From positions 32,001-96,000 of the forward strand of contig CAVRCJ010000010.1 in the NCBI GenBank assembly GCA_963719515.1: a DNA stretch of 64,000 nucleotides, in the 5' to 3' direction. Position 1 is the first letter of the stretch; every line of letters begins with the position of its first letter. The stretch comes from an uncultured cyanobacterium. Its GTDB lineage: Bacteria; Cyanobacteriota; Cyanobacteriia; CAKZMO01. The notes beneath the pieces are model-generated. The model was given only the letters and a program-made list of their open reading frames with translations. It was not told where the DNA came from and made no database searches. The position numbers and the translations under genes were made by a program. Shown piece by piece: positions 19,738-29,746 of this stretch.

Positions 19738-21546
19738 ATGAGCGGCGAGAGAAGTTTTGAGCAATTCCAGCAGGTGATGGAATCACTGGCGCGTACAGAG
19801 GACTACCTATCGCTTCGGGTACGGCAAGAAAAGCGACTCGCAATTCAGACGCTGCTTGAAGAGTGGGCTGCCGATATCTCGGCAGAGGAGCGGGCTAAGC
19901 TGCGGTTTGAGCAGGGTTTGATTGACGCCTACGAAAACAACTATCGGGAGGCGCTTTCGGTCTGGGACGCCACCGGCTTAGTGGATTCAGGGACAGTAGA
20001 TAGAAGTCTAGTGGATGCTGCTCCCAAGCAGTCTGGGTCGTCTAAGCGTGACGTTCGCAGCGTTTTGAGCGCTTACGAAGCCGCAATTGCCGCCTATGAG
20101 CACTCTAGCCCCGGTGACCCGGCGGAGGGCGTTGTTCTGGGGCTGCTTAACCGCTACCCAGAGGCGATCGCCGCGTTTAGTCAGGTTCTGGCAGACCGCC
20201 CCAACGATAGTCACGCCTGGTACAACAAGGCGATAACGCTGCGTAAGCTCGGCAGAGACCAGGCCGCGATCGCGGCTTTTGATGTATCCCTCGACATCGA
20301 CCCCGACGCCACCAAGGCCCACTACGGTAAAGCTATGCTGCTGTGCGAGCTGAATCGCCACGGCAAAGCTGCCGCCGCCTGGGACGACCTGCTGTCCCTC
20401 CAGCCCCATCGGCTTGAGGGACTGTTTGCCCAGGGCTTGTCCCTCACGTATCTGGGGCAGTACCGCGAGGCGATCGCCGCTGTGGGCGATGTTTTGGGCC
20501 TAGACCCCGACGACCAAGATGTCCTGCAATATCAGGGGTATGCCTTTCGTAAGCTGAGGCGCTACAAAGATGCAGTGGAGGCCTACGGGAGCGCCCTCGA
20601 CTTTCGGCAAAACTATCGGGGCATGGCCCATCGTCAGGTCAGCTACCCGAACTTTGTCTGTCAGCAGCTCAGCCAGCTCAAAGCCGCGATCGCGCCAAAA
20701 GAGGACGCGTCAGAGGCAACTGCTCTAGATAGGGCCAATGCCGAAGACTCCGGCGCTAAAGCACCAGAGGCAGTACTCAATGCCAGTACATCAGACGCCA
20801 ATACGTCAGCCCCTAACCCGTTTGATTCCGCTAGCTCAGCGCCGGAGCTGTCTGAGGAGCCAGGACTGCCGCTGCTGATAGACCCTATAGAGCCTAAGAA
20901 CGAGCTTAAGAATGAGCCCAAAAATCCTGAACCCGAGCTTCAGGAGCCCGAGGGTCAAGAACCCGAGCTGGACTCTCATGATCAAGAACCCGATGATTTG
21001 ACACCACAGGCGGAACTAGAAGAAGCGGCGATCGCCCCGGCTGAAGAGGGCGCTGAGGTGGAACCCCCCAAGTCGGTGGAGCTGGAGACGGCGGCGATCG
21101 CTGAGGCCTCAAATCTTCTAGACGATATGGAGCAAGCCCTACTGCAGGATGCTGAAGCGACGCAGGAGAGAGAGGATGAAGCGGTATCTGAGGCCCTGAG
21201 CGGTGATGCTGACACAGAGCCGCCGCCCAGACTCGATGGGGACCACGAGGCGCTTTACAACCAAGGGAATGCCTCAGTGCGTCAAGGCCGCTACGAAGAG
21301 GCGATCGCGCTCTACGACGCCGTTTTGACGATTCAGCCAGGCTATCAGTTGGCGGCGTACAACAAGGCCTGCTGCTATGCGCTGTGGGGGAGGCCGGAGC
21401 GGGCGGTGCAGCAGCTTGAGGAGGCGATCGCCCTCTATGCTGGGTACCGTGAGAAGGCTATGGCTGATGACGATTTTGCGTCGCTACGGGATGATGAGCG
21501 CTTCAAGAGTCTCGCGAATCGGAACGCTGCGCACCGCCATAAGTGA
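19738..21546 (+). CDS. TPR protein with long acidic linker
   Basis: Repeated AWYNKA/ALYNQG-type TPR helices; Glu/Pro-rich spacer; YNKACCYAL C-terminal repeat. Confidence 0.85.
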   Translation: MSGERSFEQFQQVMESLARTEDYLSLRVRQEKRLAIQTLLEEWAADISAEERAKLRFEQGLIDAYENNYREALSVWDATGLVDSGTVDRSLVDAAPKQSGSSKRDVRSVLSAYEAAIAAYEHSSPGDPAEGVVLGLLNRYPEAIAAFSQVLADRPNDSHAWYNKAITLRKLGRDQAAIAAFDVSLDIDPDATKAHYGKAMLLCELNRHGKAAAAWDDLLSLQPHRLEGLFAQGLSLTYLGQYREAIAAVGDVLGLDPDDQDVLQYQGYAFRKLRRYKDAVEAYGSALDFRQNYRGMAHRQVSYPNFVCQQLSQLKAAIAPKEDASEATALDRANAEDSGAKAPEAVLNASTSDANTSAPNPFDSASSAPELSEEPGLPLLIDPIEPKNELKNEPKNPEPELQEPEGQEPELDSHDQEPDDLTPQAELEEAAIAPAEEGAEVEPPKSVELETAAIAEASNLLDDMEQALLQDAEATQEREDEAVSEALSGDADTEPPPRLDGDHEALYNQGNASVRQGRYEEAIALYDAVLTIQPGYQLAAYNKACCYALWGRPERAVQQLEEAIALYAGYREKAMADDDFASLRDDERFKSLANRNAAHRHK

Positions 21547-22003
21547 GGCTCCTGAAGCCAGTAGGAGCGGTAGCGGTGGAGCGATTGTAGAATCCTCGCC
21601 TGCCGTCATCTGTACTGTGACAAACCTTAAACAGAATCTAAATAATAGCCAAAGGTTGCAACTGCTGTAACTGGGGCGATCGCTCTATGCCTACAAGCCT
21701 TGAAAGCCCTGCGGGGCTTGGCATTCAACCCTTCGTTTGGGGTTGTTCAGATCGATAATAGAAGGCCGAACCTGTGGGGATCGCGAGTTGAGTGGGATAT
21801 CATGACTTAGCTGTGGTTCATTAGAATGCGTACCTTAGCGACTCGTACGACCTTGAGGGACAGTGCCAGAACCGTTCTAGAGCCTACAGCAAGCGCTCAA
21901 TGTGCAACCTCTCAAGTTAGTTCTAGCGTTTGACAGAAGGCCTCAGGTAATCTGAGGCTCATAGTCAAGGCGCTATCAAAATCTGTTGGTAAAAGGAGAG
22001 TTC

Positions 22004-23167
22004 ATGAGGATTTCTGTCGTTAAAGAAAACGGCTTTGATGAGCGCCGCGTGGCCTTAACGCCTGACGTGGTCGCTCGACTAATCAAATCTGGATTCGAGG
22101 TTCACGTTGAGTCGGGCGCCGGAGAAGGCGCCTTCTTCTCAAATGAAGATTACCAAAGCGCAGGCGCAACAGTGGTGAGCGACCCTGGCCAGCTTTGGCG
22201 AGAGGCCGAGATTTTGATGACGGTATGCAGCACTCAGGCCGGAGATGATGACCAGCCCGGTTTTCGCTGGCTAAAGCCAGGCGCGATCCTCGTCGGCTTC
22301 ATGAACCCCCTGGGTGAGCCCGTCAAAATCAAAGAGATGGCCGAGCATGGAATCACGGTGTTCCCCATCGAAATGGTGCCCCGCAGCACCCGCGCTCAGA
22401 GCATGGACGCGCTGTCGTCCCAGGCCTCTTTGGCAGGCTACAAAGCGGTCTTGGTTGCGGCAGCCTCCCTGCCCAAGTTCTTCCCCATGCTAACCACCGC
22501 CGCCGGCACCATCCGCCCTGCCAAGATATTTATCATGGGGGCTGGTGTCGCGGGTCTGCAGGCGATCGCCACTGCCCGTAGACTCGGCGCCGTGGTAGAA
22601 GGCTACGACATCCGCCCCGAGGTGAAGGAGCAGGTGCAAAGTCTGGGCGCTAAGTTTGTGGAGCTAGTGCTCGATGAAGACACCAACGCTGAGGGGGGCT
22701 ATGCCAAAGAGCTCTCTGAGCAGTCGAAGCAAAAGGCCCTAGAGCTGGTAGCCGACCACGTCAGTCAGGCCGATGTGGTGATCACCACGGCCCAGGTGCC
22801 CGGGCGGAAAGCGCCTCTGTTGGTGACCGAAGAGATGGTCTCCCGCATGAAGCCGGGGTCTGTGATCGTAGATTTGGCCGCTGGGCAGGGGGGCAACTGT
22901 GCCTGCACCGAAGCTGGGAAAGACGTGGTGGCCCACGGGGTAACCGTCATTGGTCCTACCAACCTGCCTGCCTCCATGCCGGTCCACGCCAGCCAGACCT
23001 ATGCCAAAAACCTGCAGTCGCTGGTGGGGCTGCTGGTGAAAGACGGGGCGATCGCGCTCAACTTAGAAGACGACATTGTTAGTGGCACCTGCGCTGCCCA
23101 CGAGGGCAAAATCCGCAACGCCCGCATCCAGTCGGCCCTGGACAAGGCGTTGGCGGAAGCTCTGTAG
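22004..23167 (+). CDS. pntA: NAD(P) transhydrogenase alpha subunit, part 1
   Basis: ERRVALTP, RAQSMDALSS, GAGVAGLQA, DLAAGQGGNC; ATG 22004 with AGGAG RBS. Confidence 0.95.
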   Translation: MRISVVKENGFDERRVALTPDVVARLIKSGFEVHVESGAGEGAFFSNEDYQSAGATVVSDPGQLWREAEILMTVCSTQAGDDDQPGFRWLKPGAILVGFMNPLGEPVKIKEMAEHGITVFPIEMVPRSTRAQSMDALSSQASLAGYKAVLVAAASLPKFFPMLTTAAGTIRPAKIFIMGAGVAGLQAIATARRLGAVVEGYDIRPEVKEQVQSLGAKFVELVLDEDTNAEGGYAKELSEQSKQKALELVADHVSQADVVITTAQVPGRKAPLLVTEEMVSRMKPGSVIVDLAAGQGGNCACTEAGKDVVAHGVTVIGPTNLPASMPVHASQTYAKNLQSLVGLLVKDGAIALNLEDDIVSGTCAAHEGKIRNARIQSALDKALAEAL

Positions 23168-23347
23168 GGTGCGTTAGGAACGCACCGTCTCACTCGGTGC
23201 GTTCCTAACCTCGCATGAACTGTCGCGTTTCAAGACGGGTGCGTCATGACGCACCCTACGTAAACTTCCCTGTTCTAAAACCGGTGCGTCACGACGTACC
23301 CTGCGAACAATCAAAACCCGAAAATGGTGCGCTGCGGCGCACCGTAC
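23164..23347. repeat. Cluster of five GTAG-type REP-like palindromes (GGTGCG...CGCACC core)
   Basis: GTAGGGTGCGTTAGGAACGCACCG, its inverted partial copy, GGGTGCGTCATGACGCACCCTAC, and two degenerate copies. Confidence 0.85.
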
Positions 23348-23364
23348 ACCCAAGGAGCATATCT

Positions 23365-23652
23365 ATGGCAGCTGGACTGCTAACCGGATTGGTTGTCTTT
23401 GTGCTGGCGTCGTTCATCGGCTTTGAAGTCATCAACAAAGTCCCACCGACGCTACACACCCCCCTCATGTCGGGCGCAAACGCCATCTCTGGCATCGCCG
23501 TAGTGGGTGCCCTGCTGATATCCGGACCGAAAACCTGGAATCTAACGGTTATCCTGGGTCTCGTCGCCGTGGTGCTGGCTACCATCAACGTTGTGGGTGG
23601 CTTCCTGGTCACCGATCGCATGCTGGAAATGTTCAAGAAAAAGGAGGCGTAA
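23365..23652 (+). CDS. pntA: NAD(P) transhydrogenase alpha subunit, part 2 (membrane)
   Basis: KVPPTLHTPLMSGANAISG, NVVGGFLVTDRML; ATG 23365 with AAGGAG RBS. Confidence 0.95.
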   Translation: MAAGLLTGLVVFVLASFIGFEVINKVPPTLHTPLMSGANAISGIAVVGALLISGPKTWNLTVILGLVAVVLATINVVGGFLVTDRMLEMFKKKEA

Positions 23653-25065
23653 GTGAACGCATTGACTGGATTGAATACCGGCATTGAGCTGTCTTATCTC
23701 GTCGCCGCATCACTGTTCATTTTGGGCCTTAAAAAGCTAGGCTCGCCCGCCACTGCCCGTCAGGGCAACACCTACGCCGCCGTGGGCATGCTGGTGGCCG
23801 TAGTGGCGACCTTAGTAAACCAAGAGGTGCTGAACTACCAGATAATTCTGGTGGGCGTAGTCGTTGGCTCGGTGATTGGGGCGATCGTCGCCCGCTCGGT
23901 CGCCATGACGGCGATGCCTCAGATGGTTGGCATCTTCAACGGTTTGGGCGGGGCCGCTTCGGCGTTGATTGCCATCGGTGAATTCTTCCGGCTTTTAAAT
24001 GCCGGTGGGCCGATTACGTTTGACGCCAGCCTAATTGCCGTACTGGGCGTGTTCATCGGCGGTCTTACCCTCACGGGTAGCCTGGTGGCCTTCGCCAAGC
24101 TTCAGGGTATTTTGCCCGGTATGCCGATTAAGTATCCGCTGCAGCAGCCCTTGAACCTGGCGCTGCTGGTGGGTTTCGTGGTGGGTTCGGTCTACCTGAT
24201 TGTGAACCCGACAAATCTGCCAGTCTTTCTAGGTCTGGTGGCCATCTCCCTGCTGCTGGGGGTGCTGTTTGTAATCCCCATCGGCGGAGCCGATATGCCC
24301 GTGGTAATTTCGCTGCTCAACTCCCTTTCGGGTTTGGCAGCGAGCGCGGCGGGCTTCATTCTGCTCAATAACGTGCTGATTGTCTCAGGGGCGCTGGTGG
24401 GCGCGTCGGGCCTCATCCTGACGCAGATTATGTGTAAAGCTATGAATCGCTCTTTGCCCAGCGTGCTGTTTGGCGCATTTGGCGGCGGCGGGACAGTGGC
24501 GAGTGGTGGCGGCGGCGCGGACTACGACAAGACCGTGCGTCATTTAGAGGCAGAAGAGGGCGCTATGATGCTGGGCTACGCCAAGTCTGTGGTGATTGTG
24601 CCCGGATACGGTATGGCCGTAGCTCAGGCACAGCACTCCATCCGCGAACTGGCTGACCAGCTGGAGAACCTCGGCGTCGAGGTGCGCTACGCGATTCATC
24701 CTGTGGCAGGGCGGATGCCGGGTCACATGAACGTGCTGCTGGCGGAGGCCAATGTGCCCTACAACCAGCTCTACGATATGGATGATATCAACCCTGAGTT
24801 TGACCGTACGGACGTAGCCCTGGTGATCGGGGCCAACGACGTGGTGAACCCGGCGGCTCGCGATGCGCCCACCAGCCCTATCTTCGGCATGCCCATTCTG
24901 GAGGTAGACCGGGCGCAGCACACGATCATCATCAAGCGCAGCCTCAGCACGGGCTTTGCAGGCATCGATAATGAGCTGTTCTACAAGAGCAACACGGCGA
25001 TGCTGTTTGGTAGCGCTAAAGATATGGTGGCTCAGCTCGTGAGCGAGGTGAAGCAGCTCAACTAG
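23653..25065 (+). CDS. pntB: NAD(P) transhydrogenase beta subunit
   Basis: IGGADMPVVISLLNS, VPGYGMAVAQAQ, HPVAGRMPGHMNVLLAEA, GANDVVNP. Confidence 0.97.
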   Translation: MNALTGLNTGIELSYLVAASLFILGLKKLGSPATARQGNTYAAVGMLVAVVATLVNQEVLNYQIILVGVVVGSVIGAIVARSVAMTAMPQMVGIFNGLGGAASALIAIGEFFRLLNAGGPITFDASLIAVLGVFIGGLTLTGSLVAFAKLQGILPGMPIKYPLQQPLNLALLVGFVVGSVYLIVNPTNLPVFLGLVAISLLLGVLFVIPIGGADMPVVISLLNSLSGLAASAAGFILLNNVLIVSGALVGASGLILTQIMCKAMNRSLPSVLFGAFGGGGTVASGGGGADYDKTVRHLEAEEGAMMLGYAKSVVIVPGYGMAVAQAQHSIRELADQLENLGVEVRYAIHPVAGRMPGHMNVLLAEANVPYNQLYDMDDINPEFDRTDVALVIGANDVVNPAARDAPTSPIFGMPILEVDRAQHTIIIKRSLSTGFAGIDNELFYKSNTAMLFGSAKDMVAQLVSEVKQLN

Positions 25066-25111
25066 TCTGCGCTCTCTTAAAGATGCGGTGGCCGTAAGTA
25101 AACCCGCTGTC

Positions 25112-25148
25112 CTAGCGATCGCCTTTTTTGACAGGAGGCGATCGCTAG
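25112..25148. terminator. Hairpin built from two HIP1 sites downstream of pntB
   Basis: CTAGCGATCGCCT...AGGCGATCGCTAG 13-bp inverted repeat. Confidence 0.5.
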
Positions 25149-25251
25149 CCGTTTTAGCCCTGGCCCTGTACTCAAGCCTGGGCCAAAAGCCAATCCCACG
25201 GCGAATGCGATACAGTCTGTAGAGACCCCGTCAATAGACCGTATTCGCACT

Positions 25252-26694
25252 ATGACCACCCTTCCCCGACCTCAAACCGAAACCTCCCTGACCTGGTCAA
25301 AGGCGATCGCCCAACCCGCCTCAGAGTTTCCCAAGACAGCGCTACCTCTGCTAGAGGGCTGCGTTCCCCAAGGGTTACGGGGCACCCTATACCGCAACGG
25401 GCCGGGGCGGCTGGAGCGGGCGGGTGAAAAAGTGGGGCATTGGTTTGACGGGGATGGCGCTGTGCTGGCGGTATCGCTTGGGGAGGAAGCCTCAGCCACC
25501 TATCGCTACGTGCGCACCAGCCAGTTTGCGACCGAAGAGCTCGCCGATAAGTTTCTCTACAGCGGCTACGGCACAATGGCTCCGGGGCCCGTTTGGAAAC
25601 GCTGGACGACTCCCCTCAAGAATGCCGCCAACACCTCAGTCCTGGCCTTGGGCGATCGCCTCCTAACGCTGTGGGAAGGTGGCAACCCCCACGCCTTAGA
25701 CCTAGATAGCCTAAGGACTTTGGGGCGCGATGACTTAGATGGGGCACTAGCAGGAAATCTCGCCTACTCCGCCCATCCCAAGGTTGACCCTACAACCGGC
25801 GATATCTATAACTTTGGCGTTGCGCCAGGACTCAACTCGACGCTTCACCTCTACCGCAGCGATCGCGCGGGGCGAGTGCAGCAGCAGGCCGAAATTCCTC
25901 TAGACGGCACGCCTCTGGTGCACGACTTTGCCTTAGCAGGCCCTTACCTAGTGTTTTGCGCCCCCCCCACGCGCATCGACCTGCTGCCTGTAGGCCTGGG
26001 TCTCAAGCCGTTCAGCGACTCGATTCAGTGGAAGCCCGAGCTAGGTACTCAGATCTATGTCGTCGATAAGACCTCGCTCGCCTTGGTGAGCCAAAGCGTC
26101 GCCGATCCCTGGTTTCAGTGGCACGTCAGCAATGCCTACCTCGATGCCCAGGGCCACATTGTGCTGGATGTAATCCGCTATGCCGACTTCCAGACCAACG
26201 AATTTCTGCGAGAAGTGGCCGCAGGGGAGATCCAAACCCAGACGAAAGGAACCTACTGGCGATTTCAGCTTGACCCCACTACGGGTAAGGTTCTCTCTCA
26301 AACAGAACTCATTAGCCGGGGGTGCGAATTTCCGGTGGTGAAGCCACAGCACGTCGGGCAAGAAGCTGACGCGGTTTACCTGACCATCCACCGCCAAAAC
26401 GCTAGGGGTCACCGCGATTTATTCGGGGCGATCGCCCGCCTTACGCCTGCAACTGGGGCAATGGTGTTAGCGGATTTGGGTGAGCAGCGCTATCCCTCAG
26501 AGCCGATTTACGCTGAGGATTGCGACGCGCCTGAACGAGGATGGCTACTGACTGTTGTATTTGACGGGGCGAGGGAGCAAAGCGAGGTATGGATTTTTGA
26601 CGCTGATGGGTTAGAGTACGGACCGGTAGCCCGGTTAGGTCTGCCCGGCATCATTCCCCACAGCTTCCATGGCACTTGGCACCCAGCGATTTAA
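25252..26694 (+). CDS. Carotenoid oxygenase (RPE65/CCD) family protein
   Basis: LYRNGPG, HWFDGDG, SAHPK, VHDF, EFP, SEP, HSFHGTW. Confidence 0.93.
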   Translation: MTTLPRPQTETSLTWSKAIAQPASEFPKTALPLLEGCVPQGLRGTLYRNGPGRLERAGEKVGHWFDGDGAVLAVSLGEEASATYRYVRTSQFATEELADKFLYSGYGTMAPGPVWKRWTTPLKNAANTSVLALGDRLLTLWEGGNPHALDLDSLRTLGRDDLDGALAGNLAYSAHPKVDPTTGDIYNFGVAPGLNSTLHLYRSDRAGRVQQQAEIPLDGTPLVHDFALAGPYLVFCAPPTRIDLLPVGLGLKPFSDSIQWKPELGTQIYVVDKTSLALVSQSVADPWFQWHVSNAYLDAQGHIVLDVIRYADFQTNEFLREVAAGEIQTQTKGTYWRFQLDPTTGKVLSQTELISRGCEFPVVKPQHVGQEADAVYLTIHRQNARGHRDLFGAIARLTPATGAMVLADLGEQRYPSEPIYAEDCDAPERGWLLTVVFDGAREQSEVWIFDADGLEYGPVARLGLPGIIPHSFHGTWHPAI

Positions 26695-27651
26695 ATGACC
26701 CCAAATCAAATAGGGCACTGCTCCACCACAGCGACGAATCCCTTAGCTGAGCTTTCCCTAACTCAGCTCAATGAGTGGATTCGGCATGCGAAATACTATG
26801 CCAAGAGCGGTCGTGTGCCCACCTACGTTGGCGGGCTAGCAACGGCTCAGACAGACTGGTTTGGGCTCAAGATTGGCGGGGAGGGAATCGCGAAACAGCT
26901 GGGGGAAACCCACTTAGCGTTTCCGCTGATGAGCGTTATGAAGCCTTTCTTGCTGTTTCACCTGCTCGAAACCGAGGGGGAGCGAGTTTTTGAGCAGGTC
27001 GGCATTCAGCCTTCTGAGCAGCCGTTCAATTCTCTCAAGCAGCTCGAAGCGGACGACTACTTCCCCCGCAACCCCATGCTCAACAGCGGGGCTATTGTCC
27101 TCACCTCAATGCTGTCCGGCGCTGATGGCGAAGCGCGGTGCGATCGCCTGCGGCAGTGGCTCAACCACCGGGCAGGCTGCGCGCTGACCCTAGACGAGCA
27201 GATGCTGGCCACCGTGCGATCGCTGCCCAACGAGCGAAACCGCTGTATTGCTCGGGCTTTAGGAGATGCCAATCGGCTACAAAGCGAGGTCTCAGTCGCC
27301 CTCGACGCCTACGAGCGGATCTGCTGTCTCTCTGGCACCCTAGACGACGTCGTTGCCTTGGGTAAGCTGTTTGTTGACCCGCAGCTCGGCGTTTTCGAGC
27401 ATCAGCGGAAGGTGCTGGCGCTGATGCTTACCTGCGGACTTTACGAAGAATCAGGAACGGCTGCGGTCCGCATCGGACTGCCTATGAAGTCGGGAGTCAG
27501 CGGCGTGCTGCTGGCCGTCCTGCCGACGGGCGGAATTATTGCGACCTATAGTCCTCCCCTCAACGCCATTGGTAATTCTTTAGGGGGGCTCTATCTGATG
27601 ACCCAGATGTCTCAACACCTAAAGCTCAGCCTGCTATCGCCTAAGTTATAA
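26695..27651 (+). CDS. glsA: Glutaminase
   Basis: SVMKPF (SxxK), NPMLNSGAI, TCGLYE, PMKSGVSG, SPPLNAIGNS. Confidence 0.9.
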   Translation: MTPNQIGHCSTTATNPLAELSLTQLNEWIRHAKYYAKSGRVPTYVGGLATAQTDWFGLKIGGEGIAKQLGETHLAFPLMSVMKPFLLFHLLETEGERVFEQVGIQPSEQPFNSLKQLEADDYFPRNPMLNSGAIVLTSMLSGADGEARCDRLRQWLNHRAGCALTLDEQMLATVRSLPNERNRCIARALGDANRLQSEVSVALDAYERICCLSGTLDDVVALGKLFVDPQLGVFEHQRKVLALMLTCGLYEESGTAAVRIGLPMKSGVSGVLLAVLPTGGIIATYSPPLNAIGNSLGGLYLMTQMSQHLKLSLLSPKL

Positions 27652-27653
27652 CC

Positions 27654-28676
27654 ATGGCCTCACGCTCTAAAGCTCTTTTCTACTACGTGCTCACGCGGCT
27701 GCTGCTAGCGCCCCTGATGCTGTTTACGATTACGACGTTTGTCTTTTTGCTGATGCGGGCAACCCCCGGTGACCCGGTGGATGTGGCGCTCGGCCCCCGA
27801 GCCCCTGAGGCCGCTCGGGAGGCAATGCGGGAGCGGCTAGGGCTCAACGCACCGCTGTGGGTCCAGTATTTGGTTTACATGGGGGCCCTGCTGCGGTTTG
27901 ATTTGGGAACAGCGCTAGATAACACTCCGGTAACCCGAATCATTGCTCAGCACTTTCCTGCGACGGTAGAACTCGCGGTCTGCAGCATGCTCGTTTCGGT
28001 GACGGTGGGGTTGGCGGTCGGGGCCCTGGCGGCCTCTCGGCCCAACACCCCGCTCGACGCTGGCGGGCGGCTGTTTGGGATTATCACCTACGCTGTGCCC
28101 ATGTATTGGTTTGGGATGCTGCTGCAGCTTTTGTTCGCCGTGCAGCTCAGGTGGTTTCCCCTAGGCTCGCGCTATCCTCTCTCCGCGCAGCCACCCGACG
28201 GTCCGACAGGGCTATATCTGGTAGATAGTCTGCTCCATCTCAATCTGGGGCAGTTTGGCACAACTCTCTACTATCTGGCCCTTCCCAGCGTGACCTTGGG
28301 CGTCCTGCTGAGCGGCATCTTTGAGCGGATTATTCGGGTCAACCTCAAGCAGACGCTGCGCTCAGACTACGTTGAGGCGGCAAGGGCTAGGGGGATTCCG
28401 GAGCGGCGTATCGTACTGGTCCATGCGCTAAAAAATGCGCTGATACCCGTGGTGACGGTATTGGGGCTGACGTTTGCCTCCCTGTTGGGAGGGGCAGTGC
28501 TCACAGAGGTGACCTTTGGCTGGCCAGGGCTGGCCGGACGGCTGTACGAGGCGATCGCTGAGCGAGACTATGCGGTGGTGCAAGGTGTGCTGGTGTTTTT
28601 CGCCGTGATTGTGGCGATCGCTAGCATCGTGATTGATATTCTCAATGCCTGGATTGATCCGCGCATTCGCTATTAG
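27654..28676 (+). CDS. Peptide/nickel ABC transporter permease (DppB-like)
   Basis: PGDPV, FPATVELA, DYVEAARARG (EAA loop), HALKNAL, DPRIRY. Confidence 0.93.
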   Translation: MASRSKALFYYVLTRLLLAPLMLFTITTFVFLLMRATPGDPVDVALGPRAPEAAREAMRERLGLNAPLWVQYLVYMGALLRFDLGTALDNTPVTRIIAQHFPATVELAVCSMLVSVTVGLAVGALAASRPNTPLDAGGRLFGIITYAVPMYWFGMLLQLLFAVQLRWFPLGSRYPLSAQPPDGPTGLYLVDSLLHLNLGQFGTTLYYLALPSVTLGVLLSGIFERIIRVNLKQTLRSDYVEAARARGIPERRIVLVHALKNALIPVVTVLGLTFASLLGGAVLTEVTFGWPGLAGRLYEAIAERDYAVVQGVLVFFAVIVAIASIVIDILNAWIDPRIRY

Positions 28677-28934
28677 ATCCTACTTTTGAGCTGGAGCAGA
28701 AAACCTGTCCTATAGAGTTAGCGGTGTCTATGTCTCAAGATAGTTTTAGTACGCAAACTTACGCGGGCTGAACTGCTCTGCTTTAAAGGAGCGTCAACGC
28801 TGCTTCTCGCCGCCTTTGGCCCACAAAGTCATAGTGCAATTCTCTCAGTGGAAAAGCGCGACCGTAGAGCGATTCTGAATCACTCCAATGGTGGAGGGGA
28901 TTAATCAAATATCACGGAATCATGAAGTTAGACA

Positions 28935-29038
28935 TATAGCAGATGTCCCAATGCATTAAGACATTTGCGCGTTCAGTTGTCTACCCAAAGTCAGGCTTTC
29001 AGCCGAATCTGGTCTAAGCAACTGAACCAACGCAATAG
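28935..29038. repeat. Dispersed structured repeat, copy 2
   Basis: TATAGCAGATGTCCCAATGCATTAAGACATTTGCGC...TAAGCAACTGAACCAACGCAATAG aligns end to end with 9135-9242. Confidence 0.85.
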
Positions 29039-29083
29039 TGCTCTAAAGCATAAACAAAATTAATAAAACTAGAGGTTACAGCA

Positions 29084-29638
29084 ATGGCCGACAAGACAAC
29101 GCTGGAAACGAAGCTTGCCGATTTGAAGCTTTTTCAAACGGTTCTCATTGAGATTGAGCAAAAGCTCATGGCGCAAACTCAGGACAGCACCATTCGCGAG
29201 CGGCTCGAGGGCATGCTGAAGAGCGATCGCGAAAATCTCGCCCCTATCGAAGAGGCAATCTCTAAATCTGCTACCAGCGGCTCTCCCCGAAATATTACTC
29301 AGCAGCACGCCGACAAAGTTTTGGAAATGATGGACTCATCGGACCTGTCTCTCTATGACAAGTTCTTTCAGTTTGAGCTTTTGAAGCACCAGCAAACCAT
29401 GACTGGTTTGGTACTTCATAAAGTGGGGCAGACGCTAGACGATACGCTTCAAGACGCCATGGAACCCCTCAACAAAGTCAACTTTGAAAATCGCGCTCAT
29501 CAAGAGGTGCTCAAGGGCGTTCTCTACTTCGTCGGCACGAGAGAAATGGCAGGAAAAGATCCTGACATGGGCATTTGGGCGAGCGTTGAGCAAGGCATTG
29601 CGGCCCTCAAGGGCGCTATCGGTTCAGCCGCAAGCTAG
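29084..29638 (+). CDS. Conserved cyanobacterial helical protein (resembles N-domain of hemerythrin/HHE-associated proteins)
   Basis: KLADLK, ELLKHQQ, PLNKVNFENRAHQEVLKG, GTRE motifs recalled from that family; GAGG RBS. Confidence 0.7.
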   Translation: MADKTTLETKLADLKLFQTVLIEIEQKLMAQTQDSTIRERLEGMLKSDRENLAPIEEAISKSATSGSPRNITQQHADKVLEMMDSSDLSLYDKFFQFELLKHQQTMTGLVLHKVGQTLDDTLQDAMEPLNKVNFENRAHQEVLKGVLYFVGTREMAGKDPDMGIWASVEQGIAALKGAIGSAAS

Positions 29639-29746
29639 TAGAAAATCCAGATTGATCCAGCTGAATTGATTTTATCAGGTTGGTTTTGTCAGGTTGACTT
29701 TGCGAAAATCGCAAAGTCAACCTTTTTCTATGCCGCGGTTCAGGGC

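Noticed and set aside
19634..19843. Possible petM or other small gene upstream of ycf39
   Set aside because: The translation lacks a PetM-like TM helix and overlaps the TPR gene start.
23237..23347. Regularly spaced palindromes as a mini-CRISPR
   Set aside because: Degenerate, mixed orientation across the cluster and GTAG/CTAC ends fit REPs better.
23215..23364. 50-aa N-terminal extension of pntA part 2 in the ORF track
   Set aside because: It is translated REP sequence; ATG 23365 has a proper RBS.
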